Below, piece by piece: positions 1 to 10,720 of a stretch of 44,461 nt of DNA. This DNA comes from Octopus bimaculoides. Its lineage: Eukaryota. Made by a program: the position numbers and the translations under genes. The stretch covers positions 25,778,445-25,822,905 of the forward strand of contig NC_068996.1 in the NCBI RefSeq assembly GCF_001194135.2, read 5' to 3'. Every line of letters begins with the position of its first letter. Position 1 is the first letter of the stretch. The notes under the pieces are model-generated. The model ran no database searches and was not told the origin of the DNA. It saw nothing but the letters and a program-made list of their open reading frames with translations.

Positions 1-1
1 A

Positions 2-298
2 GCCTCCATGTATGCCATGGAAGCCCCCAGCACGACGTCCGACATGACCGTTGAAGTCTCCAGCCACAAAGAGAAGGTCCCTGTCACTCGTCGACGAGGT
101 AGTTTGCAAGAGGGTGTCATAGAATTGGTCTTTCAGACCATCTGGTAGCCCAGGTTGAGGTGCATAGGCTGAGATGACAGTAGCTAATCTATGATGAAAC
201 ACTAGTCTGATCTTAAGTACTCTGTCACTTACTCTAACGACCTCGATTACCTTATCCACCCATTTCTCCGCTAGAAGTATTCCTACGCCCCCGACCCC
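2..298 (-). mobile_element. RTE-clade LINE, AP-endonuclease fragment (runs off the left edge of the window)
   Basis: A stop-free 99-codon minus frame reads GVGGVGILLAEKWVDKVIEVVRVSDRVLKIRLV...VISAYAPQ...DQFYDTL...LFVAGDFNGHVG, carrying the typical RTE endonuclease motifs (GVGIL, SAYAP, GDFNGHVG). It starts abruptly at an (AT)n tract. Confidence 0.93.
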
Positions 299-660
299 AT
301 ATATATATATATATATACAGACACATTATATACACATACATGTATGTTGATGTGTACGTGTTCATTTGTGTGTTTGTGTGTGTGTATATATATATATATT
401 TATGTGTTGGTGCATAAATACATGTGTATATAATTGAGTGGATTTGGTTGAGAAAAACTGAAAGAAGCTTGTCATCTGTATTTGTGTTGTTGACAGTGAA
501 TTTGAAGTTTCAGCCAGTTAAACCATCATCAGCCAATAATTCAAAGTCTCTGTCAGCAGCATTCTTGTTTAAGAATAATAGATTTGTATTCTACAAAAGT
601 ATAGAGTAACCCATCAGATTAATGTGAAGTTGTTTTTATTATAACAGCATAAAAACTAAC

Positions 661-699
<39 letters not shown>

Positions 700-1334
700 C
701 ACACAATACATTTGACCTTCTAGTTATGGCTATACTGTAGAAGTACAACTACATACATGCATGTGTATGTGAAGAGACACACACACACACGGTCATGAAA
801 AATGACTAATTTAAAATTTTCAAACTTTAATTCTATATCAGAAGGAATTAATCTGTAAAGCACATTAAAAAAACCTGAGGCATTTATTTTTAATGTAATC
901 AATAAAAAAAAGAAAGAAACATTAATCAATAATTACTTCAACCTTACTTTATCAGCACGTATAAAGACTTACGTTTATTGAACTAAGTAGTGTTCTATAG
1001 ATGACATTAATTAACAAACAAAATCAAAATAATTACTTCAGTTTTATTTTATGGACAATTTAAAGCATGGTGTGGATTAACTAATATCATATCCAGAATA
1101 TATCTGAAGAATTAGTTGCAAATTTATTTCTAGAACTTTGAAATCACCTCGTCATCATTTAATGTCCTCCTATGATGTCATGGGTTGGACAATCATCAGT
1201 TTCATATATAGAAGGCACAGATAATATAGAGTAGTGTTCAAATGAATTTGGACATAAATTTTGATATTTTCACCCAAAGAAAGGCCCACACCACTGAGAG
1301 TGATTTTAAGAGAAATTGAAATCGACCTTATTTA

Positions 1335-1387
<53 letters not shown>

Positions 1388-1713
1388 NNNNNNNNNNNNN
1401 NNNNNNNNNNNNNNNNNNNNNNNNNNNNNNNNNNNNNNNNNNNNNNNNNNNNNNNNNNNNNNNNNNNNNNNNNNNNNNNNNNNNNNNNNNNNNNNNNNNN
1501 NNNNNNNNNNNNNNNNNNNNNNNNNNNNNNNNNNNNNNNNNNNNNNNNNNNNNNNNNNNNNNNNNNNNNNNNNNNNNNNNNNNNNNNNNNNNNNNNNNNN
1601 NNNNNNNNNNNNNNNNNNNNNNNNNNNNNNNNNNNNNNNNNNNNNNNNNNNNNNNNNNNNNNNNNNNNNNNNNNNNNNNNNNNNNNNNNNNNNNNNNNNN
1701 NNNNNNNNNNNNN
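1388..1713. other. Assembly gap between (AT)n and (CA)n tracts
   Basis: Run of N. Other gaps: 5399-5627, 13253-13262, 18103-18112, 23073-23401, 23987-24002, 39943-40024. Confidence 0.99.
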
Positions 1714-1768
<55 letters not shown>

Positions 1769-1770
<2 letters not shown>

Positions 1771-1945
1771 ACAGGCTTCCACTCAATTTCTATCCACCAA
1801 CTCCACTCACAAGGCATTAGCCAGCACAGGGCTATAATAGAAGATAGTTCACAGAAGGTTCTGCACAATAGGATGGAACTAGAAACCATGTATTTGCAGA
1901 GTGAGCTACTTAACCACACAGCCATGCCTATTTCCAAGTCAGTTA
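1769..1945 (-). mobile_element. Decayed tRNA-derived SINE, family A (CORE-like; OR-type by inference)
   Basis: Reverse complement aligns by eye to the head and core of the full-length copies at 22153 and 38777. Confidence 0.7.
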
Positions 1946-2220
1946 CAGAGTCAGGCCACCTGTTGCATTGTTTTATGATGCTATATGAAGGTGGTGGTTA
2001 ATTAGTCTGATCTTTAACCATGTAGTTTCATGTTCAGTCCTACTGTATGGCACCTTGGCTTAGTAAGTTTTACTACAGCTCTGAGCAGACCAATATGTTG
2101 TGAGGAAATTTGGTATACAGAAATTATTGGAAGCATATTACAGATATATATGTGTGTATGTGTGTGTGTGTATTAATGTATTCAAATATCTATATATACA
2201 TTCATGTAAATATATATATA

Positions 2221-2287
<67 letters not shown>

Positions 2288-2304
2288 ATATATATGTGTA
2301 TATA

Positions 2305-2610
2305 TCATCATCATCGTTTAACATTCGCTTTCCATGCTAGCATGGGTTGGACGATTTGACTGAAACCAGATGGCTACACCAGGCTCCAATCTGATTTGGC
2401 AGAGTTTCTACAGCTGGATGCCCTTCCTAACGCCAACCACTCAGAGAGTGTAGTGGGTGCTTTCACGTGCTACCGGCACGAAGGCCAGTCAGGTGGTACT
2501 GGCAACGGCCACGCTCAAAATGGTGTATTTTATGTGCCACCTGCACAGGAGCCAGTCCAGCAGCACTGGCAACGATCTCGCTCGAATGTCTTTACCATTG
2601 CCACTGGATG
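2305..2610 (-). mobile_element. RTE 3'-tail element (truncated LINE end or RTE-dependent SINE), family C
   Basis: (ATC)n followed by GTTTAACATTCGCTTTCCATGCTAGCATGGGTTGG, matching the 3' UTR of the RTE copy at 40075-40748. Carries about two 66-bp units. Confidence 0.85.
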
Positions 2611-2617
2611 ATATATG

Positions 2618-2647
<30 letters not shown>

Positions 2648-2653
<6 letters not shown>

Positions 2654-2770
2654 GCTTCTTTCAGTTTCCATCTATCAAATCCACTCACAAGACTTTGGTT
2701 GGCCTGAGGCTATAGTAGAAGACACTTTCCCAATGTGCCACGCTGTGGGACTGAACCCAGAATTTTTTAG
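2648..2770 (-). mobile_element. Family A SINE fragment
   Basis: GATGGGCTTCTTTCAGTTTCCATCTATCAAATCCACTCACAAG is the reverse complement of the family A core. Confidence 0.8.
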
Positions 2771-2861
2771 CACACAGCTATGTCTACGCCTATACACACA
2801 CACACACGCACAGATAGACAAATACAGATTCTACCAGGTTGCCACCTTGCTGCTGCTACTA

Positions 2862-2915
<54 letters not shown>

Positions 2916-2946
2916 TTACTACTACTACTACTACTACTAATAATAA

Positions 2947-3155
2947 TAATAATTTCGGCACAAGGCCAGAAATTTTAGGAATGGGAATAAGTCAATTATG
3001 TTGACACCAGTATTCAACTGTTACTTATTTCATTGATCCTGAAAGGATGAATGGCAAAATTGACTTCAGTGACATTTGAACTCAGAATGTAAAGACAAAC
3101 AAAATGCTTAACAGCATTTTGTCTTGCATGCAAACAATTCTTCTAGCTCACCACT
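2947..3155 (-). mobile_element. Family B SINE (central domain CTTTGCCTTTCATCCTTTCGGGGTCGATAAA-like)
   Basis: Reverse complement matches the plus-strand copies at 30600-31311 and has an (AAT)n tail. Confidence 0.75.
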
Positions 3156-3189
3156 TTAAATAATGATAATAATGATGGTAATAATAAAC

Positions 3190-3478
3190 TCTTACCCATC
3201 AGTGGTTAGTGTCTTCTAGCTTAGAATTAGAGAAGGAAAGGTTTATCATAACAGCCCAGGATCAATGCCTACCTACAAGAAGCTACCAAGCCAACATCCT
3301 AAAGAATGGCAGTTGGCCAACATATCATGTATGTAAACTACAGGCAGAAATCATTGATCATATTGTCTCCATGTGCAGTCTTCTTGCACCTACAGAGTAT
3401 CTCAATAGGCATGATCGAGTGGCACAGTATATTCACCGGGTAGCTTACAAGGAACTGGATCTGCCCCATAATAGAAAC
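3190..3478 (+). mobile_element. R4/Dong-type RLE non-LTR retrotransposon, C-terminal zinc-finger region fragment
   Basis: The ORF reads FIITAQDQCLPTRSYQANILK...VCKLQAEIIDHIVSMCSLLAPTEYLNRHDRVAQYIH, matching the AQDQ.L.T and C..C...ET..HI...C..LA..EY..RHD motifs of RLE elements. Confidence 0.88.
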
Positions 3479-3559
3479 AGTGAAGTGAAGGTTACACAAT
3501 TAATTGTGAAAGAAAATCAGGCATGAAAAACAAAAGAATATAAAATGATATGAAATGAG

Positions 3560-4372
3560 GTATTCCAATAAGTGGTGTTTATAATGGACTTGACCAATAA
3601 CTAGATCCATCCAACACATGACAAAAGCTGTTCACATAATTTTGCAAGTCAACAATGCTCAGACACTGAATGAATGCAAGCAGAAGAGTTTCATCACTCT
3701 TCATGCATCTTCAACTGTAGATTTTATCTAGAAATGGCAATACCTCTTAGTGGCATTACCAGGCCAAGGATTTCTGGAAGTTGTCCATGGAACCAGAATT
3801 GAAAGTCCTCTAAAAGAACTGTTCAGCTAATTTTTGCTGACACTCAAAATCATTCTGACAATATTGTCACTAACAGATGGGTGATTATTGAAAGCACAGA
3901 GCTAAGAGAAGGACAATAAAGGTTTGTTTTGTTTGACATAGTTATGAAGAAGATTTAGATGATTCAAAAACAGACTCTGTCAGGCAGTCATATGGTAGTT
4001 AGTAATGTTAACTGCATCAGTCATGAATTGGCAAGTGTAGACTTTTGATTTCATCTCAGTATTTTTGCAGGGCTATATTTTGAAGAGAAAAGTATTCCTG
4101 AAGCTATCTTCTGATTCAGGTATAAAGTCACTGTTGTGGAAGCTGAAGAGATGTATTTGTGGATTGCTCATGGTATAAGAAGGTCACTCAAATGCTGATT
4201 CAATCTGGAGAAGTAGTGAATATCTATGACAATGCTTTATCTGGAATGGTTTGAGTAGTAAGTTGGTGGATACTCTAGTGATGCATGTGAATGATTTTAT
4301 ATTCTGTGAAAATGAATTTTTTTGGAATATGTGATTACAGTAGTGAAAAAGAAATTTAAAGTAGGAACTTTC
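3560..4372 (+). mobile_element. Ty1/copia LTR-retrotransposon pol relic (post-integrase region plus RT), frameshifted
   Basis: Recoverable peptides RWVIIE, SYEEDLDDSKTDS, FDFISVFLQGYILKRKVFLK, LLWKLKRCICGL, WYKKVTQML and HVNDFIF correspond to the copia RT motifs D..SAFLQG, LWKLKKCVYGL and (Y/H)VDD. Confidence 0.78.
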
Positions 4373-4394
4373 CATTCTTTAATCACTTCCCTAA

Positions 4395-4525
4395 CAATGT
4401 TAGGTCGACTTTGCCTTTCATCGTTTTGGGGTCGATAAATTAAGTATCAGTTGAGTACCGGGGTCAATATAATCAACTTAAACCCTCTCTACAAATTTCA
4501 GGCCTTGTGCCTAAAGTAGAAAGGA
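4395..4525 (+). mobile_element. Family B SINE, 3' part
   Basis: GGTCGACTTTGCCTTTCATCGTTTTGGGGTCGATAAATTAAGTATCAG...GGCCTTGTGCCTAAAGTAGAAAGG followed by (ATT)n. Confidence 0.85.
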
Positions 4526-4526
4526 T

Positions 4527-4528
4527 TA

Positions 4529-4569
<41 letters not shown>

Positions 4570-5265
4570 GAGTGTGAGAGCAGTGCATGCCATCAAAGTG
4601 ACACTGAGGTAAAATATATGAAGCCCAGTATACCCATTGTAACTACCCGTCGGATAAGGGTACACCAGGCACATGCATCACAACCATATGTGCACGACAT
4701 GGTGATCTCATATCAAGATAAACAGCGCATGACCTTGCTGGTGGGGCCCAGTTAGAATTTTCTTCAGGTCAGTTAGCCCATCCCACTCAAAAGGTCCCTG
4801 AATAAGGGTTGTTTAAGGATGTTGAATGAAACACCCATGTTTCCAGAGGTGAATTATTCAAACCCCAAAGAAATCATCTCAAACATTGCTATGATGCTCC
4901 CACACTATTTCTGCTCATGATCAGAGATGCACATATCGTCAGCCACTAAGGGACATTCTCAACTGGTTAAGGTCAAATAATTGATACGTACATATGTGGT
5001 ATTGAGAAGAATATTTGTTGTAGCCCATCTTTTATACCAAGACAAAGTAATGTACATTATTTACATTTGATGGATATTTGTCCTCATCTTGTTTGTTGTT
5101 AACACAACGTTTCGGGCTGATATACCCTCCAGCCTTCATCAGGTGTCTTGGGGAAATTTTGAACCTGGGTTCTCATTCCTAAGGTATTTTTCGATGTTGT
5201 TATTATTATTATTATTATTATTATTCAGGTCACTGCCTGGAATTGAACACGGAATCTTGGGGTTA
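4527..5265 (-). mobile_element. tRNA-headed SINE-like element (family D) with internal hammerhead motif and (AAT)n tail
   Basis: Minus-strand order: partial tRNA-like head with B box GTTCAATTC (5240-5248), (AAT)n, hammerhead (5101-5147), about 500 nt of body, (AAT)n tail (4527-4569). The body recurs at 6165-6581 and 6635-6926. Confidence 0.7.
5101..5147 (-). ncRNA. Minimal type I hammerhead ribozyme motif (Penelope-like)
   Basis: GACAC-CTGATGA-A-GGCTG-GAGGGTATAT-CAGCC-C-GAAA-C-GTT-GTGTT. Stem I GACAC/GTGTT, stem II GGCTG/CAGCC, loopless palindromic stem III (AACGTT), cleavage triplet GUU. Confidence 0.8.
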
Positions 5266-5320
5266 AGAGCGCGGACTACTAACCCCAAGATTCCAAGTTC
5301 GATTCCAGGCAGTGACCTGA
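5261..5320 (+). mobile_element. tRNA-derived SINE head (resembles tRNA-Ser GCT D/anticodon arms), not a tRNA gene
   Basis: GGTTAAGAGCGCGGACTACTAACCCC...GTTCGATTCC: B box at 5297-5305, partial A box, no acceptor stem. Confidence 0.65.
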
Positions 5321-5735
5321 ATAATAATAATAATAATAATAATAACAATAATAATCCTTTCTATTATTGGCACAAGGCCTGAAATTTGTGGGGAGGGTNN
5401 NNNNNNNNNNNNNNNNNNNNNNNNNNNNNNNNNNNNNNNNNNNNNNNNNNNNNNNNNNNNNNNNNNNNNNNNNNNNNNNNNNNNNNNNNNNNNNNNNNNN
5501 NNNNNNNNNNNNNNNNNNNNNNNNNNNNNNNNNNNNNNNNNNNNNNNNNNNNNNNNNNNNNNNNNNNNNNNNNNNNNNNNNNNNNNNNNNNNNNNNNNNN
5601 NNNNNNNNNNNNNNNNNNNNNNNNNNATACCCAAGGCACACAGAGCTGTGCTCGGTAGTGAAGTGAAAGCACGTTATAAAAATAAAACTACTGAATAATA
5701 ATGATAATAATAATAATAATGATAATAATAATAAC

Positions 5736-5797
<62 letters not shown>

Positions 5798-5802
5798 TAA
5801 TA

Positions 5803-6110
5803 ATCCTTTCTATTATTGGCACAAGGCCTGAAATTTGTGGGGAGGGTTTAAGTTGATTATGTCGATCCCAGAACTAATCTGGCTTTTTATTTATCGATTC
5901 TGAAAGGATGAAAGGCAATCTTTTCTACTATTGGCACAAGACCTGAAATTTGTGGGGAGGTTTTAAGTTGATTATGTCGATCCCAGTACTAATCTGGTTT
6001 TTAATTTATCGATCCTGAAAGGATGAAAGGCAAAGTTGACTTTGGTGAAATTTGAACTTAGAATGTGAAGATGGACAAAATGCATGTTAAGCATTCTACC
6101 AGCTCATTGC
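5803..6110 (-). mobile_element. Family B SINE with duplicated 3' segment
   Basis: The block CTATTGGCACAAG.CCTGAAATTTGTGGGGAGG...GAAAGGATGAAAGGCAA occurs at about 5803-5918 and again from about 5920. Confidence 0.8.
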
Positions 6111-6164
6111 CTTAATAATAATAATAATATGATGATGATGATGATGATGATGATAGTAACAGTA

Positions 6165-6581
6165 AATATTTTGCTCAATACCACAGATTTGTTTGTCAGT
6201 TGGTGGCTGACAATATGTGCATCTTTGATCACAAGCAGTAGTGGTGGGGGAGCATCATAGCCATGTGTTGAGAGGAATTTGTTGGGGTTTGAATAATTCA
6301 CCTTTGGAAACATGGGTGTTTTGCTCAACATCCTTAAATAAATCTTATTCAGGAACTATTTGACCAGGATGGGCTACTCGACCTGAAGAAAATTCTAACT
6401 AGGCCCCCACCTGAAAGGTCATGACTGTTTATTTTGATATGAGATCACCATGTCGCGCACATATGGTTGTGATGCATGTGCCTGGTGTACCCTTATCAGA
6501 CGGGTAGTCATGATGGGTATACTGGGCTTCGTATATTTGTACCCCAGTGTCACTTTGATGGCATGCACTGCTCTCTCACTC

Positions 6582-6626
<45 letters not shown>

Positions 6627-6939
6627 TATTATAATGAATAATTCACTTCTGGAAACATGAGTGTTTAGTTCACCATCCTTAAACAACCCTTATTCAGAGA
6701 TCTTTTGAGTGGGATGGGCTTACATGATATGAAGAAAATTCTAACTGGGCCCCACCTGTGAGGTCATGTCTGTTTGTCTTGATATGAAATCACCATGTCG
6801 TGCACATATGGTTGTGATGTATGTGCCTGATGTACCCTTATCAGGTGGGTAGTTGTGATGGGTATAATGGGCTTTGTATATTTCTACCCTCATGTCACTT
6901 TGATGCCATGCGCTGCTCTCTCACTCAATAATAATAATG

Positions 6940-7009
<70 letters not shown>

Positions 7010-7020
7010 TAATAATAATA
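6165..7020 (+). mobile_element. Two head-to-tail 5'-truncated copies of the family D body, each with an (AAT)n tail
   Basis: 6165-6581 and 6635-6926 both end in GC(A/G)CTGCTCTCTCACTC+(AAT)n and match the reverse complement of 4570-5020. Confidence 0.88.
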
Positions 7021-7099
7021 CTGCTGCTGCTGATGATGATGATGATGACAATGGTGATAATATTGATTGGTGATGATGATGATAATGATGATGATCCTC

Positions 7100-10000
7100 T
7101 TCGTTTCATGTACTTCCTCAACAACACCTCCATTGTATGATTAACATAGCTGACTAACCTGATAAACCAGTCTGATTCCAGTCATCACAGACATCGGCCA
7201 AGAGAAGGGTGAACAAGTCTAACATGCAATCACAAAGTTTAAATGGAGACCATCCAAACGAGGCAATTTGTCCCTCATGCAGCTACTCACACTGTATCTT
7301 GGCTGTTGTTATCGGCTTTTCACAGTGTTCAACATTTTCTGCCAAGAGTTGTGGCAAGCTGTTGAGGCAGATACTAAAGTCTATCATTTCTTGCCTACCA
7401 CTATTTTCAAACAGTTGAGTAAAATACTGCTGGAAAAACATACAAATCTGCCAAAAATTGAATATCTTGCATCCTTTGTCATCCATCAAAGATCTGATTG
7501 CGGCTTTGTTACCACATAAGGCCTTTTCCACCTGGGTGCATAAAATGGATTTTACGCACTCCCACATCTGTGTCTAAGAGAACACACCTTAACTCTGAAA
7601 TTGCTACCTTCATGTTTGACAATAATGAAAAAATCAAGTGCCATTTTTTTATACTTTAGCAAAGCATCTCTTCTAATGTGTCGACTAGCTCCCTATTTTG
7701 CTATACCTTATCATTTCTTTGCTATACTTTACCAACTCTACTTTAGTGACTCTCTTCAAAGAGACAATCCATCACTTGTTGCTGGTGATCATCTATCTTA
7801 ACACATATTTTACTAGTTTAATTAACTCTTGTTTTGTTGTCATTGTCTAACCATTGCTGGGAATGATGCATTCAGCTTCCCTTAGCAGATCCTTTGTTTA
7901 TGCATCCTATCTAGGTTGACTGTACAGATCACAAACTTGTGTTCTGTGTAAATGACCAGCCACAACTCTGGCTCCTATCACTGACTTAACAATTACTCTT
8001 TGTAGATCGGATCTGGTTGACCCTTTGTAGTTTGTCCACATCCACAACACATTTGGAAAATCCATTTAATACTTTCAGAGAACTGGAAATGCTTGATCAA
8101 ATTTGTGAAGCTTTTACCACCCCCTCCATGATGGAAACTTTCACACACTCCCTGCATTCGTCTGCAATGTTCTTATGATATAGCAGTAATGAGTAGGATA
8201 TTGATAAAAGTGTTTCTAGTCATGTGAAGAGGTCAGTCACCTGACTTCAGCCAGGGAATAAACAACCATTTGTCTAAATGCAGCACCTTCACTACTATGA
8301 AGGCTCTGGAAGATTGTTGTCTGAGCCAGGTCTTTCTAAAGATACAGATCTTTCCAAAGATCCAGATCTTTTCAAAACAACATCACCACCTTGCTTGATC
8401 TGAGTTGATTGAAAGATGTGTATACCTTGCAGTTGTCAAAAAGAAGTGTAAGTCACTGTATGTAGGAAGTTGATGACCACCTTATCCAAATCCAGCGATC
8501 TGTGACCTGTGACATGAGATTGTTAAGCAAGGACCTTACATCCAGGCCTTACTGCAAACCATTTGCACTTATGGAACCAACTCTTAGTATGGCCATATAT
8601 GGATAAAAAGTGAGAGAGATCACTTACCTTGACTTTGAAGAATGGATGATGCAGTATTCTTGCTAGAGTGATTTTTCTTGGAAAGTCCACCACAAAATTT
8701 CTTATCCAGTCTATATTGGGAAATTTCCACATCACATGGGAAATTTCCACATCACATGGGAAATCTCTTCTTAGGGTTATGTAAATTTCTGTCATTTTCA
8801 GCTGGAGTCTTTGTGTGTTTGGAAGATGAGCTTCTTAAATCCCTGAATCACTCCCTTTGTTTGTACTGTGTTGTGTTTATTACTTACATACTTCATCATC
8901 TCCTTCATGTTTCTCTTTACAACAGTGAGTTGGGGAAGGCTAGGTTTAGGTGTTTGGCTGTTGTTGTTGCTGCTGCTTTTGATGTTTTTTTTTCTGTGGT
9001 TGTTATGCTTGTGCGTGTGTTTTTCTTTTTTTTTTGTTGCAACTTTTGTCATTAGTATGCTTGTGAGTTTAGCTTTTGTTGTTAATGTTGTTATTTTGGT
9101 GGGTACTGGTTATGGTGGTGATGGCAGTTGTGGTGGTGATGGTGGTAGTAGTTGTGATGGTACTTTGGTGGTGGTGGTGGTGGTGGTGGTGGGTAGATGG
9201 TTGGCAGGTTCCTGGATATTTTGGTAAACCTTTCCTGCTTTAATTGAAGTGTGACGACTGTCACAGGCTTTCCTTTTCCCCTTAATCACCACTGTCACAA
9301 CCTTTTGGTCATTTCTTTTTCCTTTGTCACCAAATGAAACATCAGAGCATAAGAACAGCAAAGGTTGAGAACAGCAAAAACAACTTTTAACACCTTTGTT
9401 TGTCTTCATGGTCTTTGTTTCCATATTTGTATTTAACCAGTTTTTTCTTTTTCTTTTTTTGCAGTGAGTGCACTCATCTGACATGTCTTTGGTTGTTGGT
9501 GTGGCAGGTCCTTTCCAGTTTTGTAGCTCTGCTTCAGATATTGTTGCATAGGGATACTGGTGTTGCTATTTTTTATGATATAATATGATGGAAATCATGA
9601 AAATAGATAGTCATGCATTCTTCCCATTCATCAAAGAGCAAGTGGCTTCAAGTGGTTCTTGCAACCAGAATTGTAATAGCTGAGCCTCCTACCCTCCACC
9701 AGAATGCAAACCTATATCCCAACAAGGTCAGGAATCGTCACCAAATCTGCAGGTGTTGCTTGTAGCAGTACCTCAAGGATTACTTCTCCTCCTGTCAACC
9801 TAATCACCTTGATGTTGGATCTAGTTCTAATCACTTTGTCATATTCTTCCTCCATTATCACCAGGTCCAACAATAGTGACATCGCCTATAGTGTGATGTT
9901 GGATGTTTGCCATTGAATTTATTCTAGGAAGAAGGCAAACTTGTCTAATGAACATATGATTGAAGACATTTTCTTTCTTTTTACCACTCAGCATAGTAAC

Positions 10001-10720
10001 TCCACTGTACATTGTTTTCTTTTTTTCTTTTCTTTTCATGTACCAAACAATATTTCAAACCCCTTGGAGGTATTTCCCAGCCTTTGCTGGCATTTGGTAC
10101 TGAACCAGTCAGAGATTCTTTTAAATCTAGTTATAAGACATCTTTCTCCCTCCCTTCTTTTGGTAGCTCTTCCTCTGGAATATGATATTAGACCTGGTTC
10201 CACAATCTTCCTTTTATTCCTTTTCTACCATATGGATTTCAGTTTTGAGTCATTCTTCACAGGGTCCCGTTAGTTACATAAATAATCCCTCTTTTAAGGA
10301 AACATTTGAAAATCTTGTTATTCTTTGTATTGTTGGCACAGGTATTATTGTGTTGCTGGTGCTGCTGTTGTTTCTGATTGTGGAGAAGGTGGTGATGGGG
10401 TAGAGTTGTTGTTGTTTTTGTTACTGCTGTTGTTGGTATTTTCATCTGTAGAAGACATTAAAATTCTGCTGCTAATCTCTTCACTGTCATCCTTGCCACC
10501 ACCTTCTTCAATATGGCTGACAGAGGTGTTGCAGTTGATTGTGGAGGAGGTGGTGGCGGTGTGGTTGCTGGTTATAATGTCAATGCTGATGTCAGAGATT
10601 GTCGGAGTGAGAGGGGTTAAGTTGCATGTTTTGTTTTTTGCCTTCATTTGTCTTTGTGAAGGGGGAGATGTTTCACTGTCTTTTTTTTTTGTTTTTCTTT
10701 TACTTTTCATTTATTTGTAA
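7100..10720 (-). mobile_element. Decayed Tx1/L1-like LINE: ORF1-like region, endonuclease and start of RT
   Basis: Minus-strand relic peptides YTEHKFVICTVNLDRMHK and GKLNAS (end of the endonuclease, about 7870-7950), CEKPITTAKIQCE and DKLPRLDGL (RT region 0, about 7240-7320), and a possible zinc-knuckle relic RRLSYYNSGCKNHLK (about 9640-9695). Many stops; the 5' boundary is uncertain. Confidence 0.7.

Noticed and set aside
5261-5320. Functional tRNA gene
   Set aside because: No acceptor stem or complete D arm, and it runs directly into (AAT)n; this is a SINE head.
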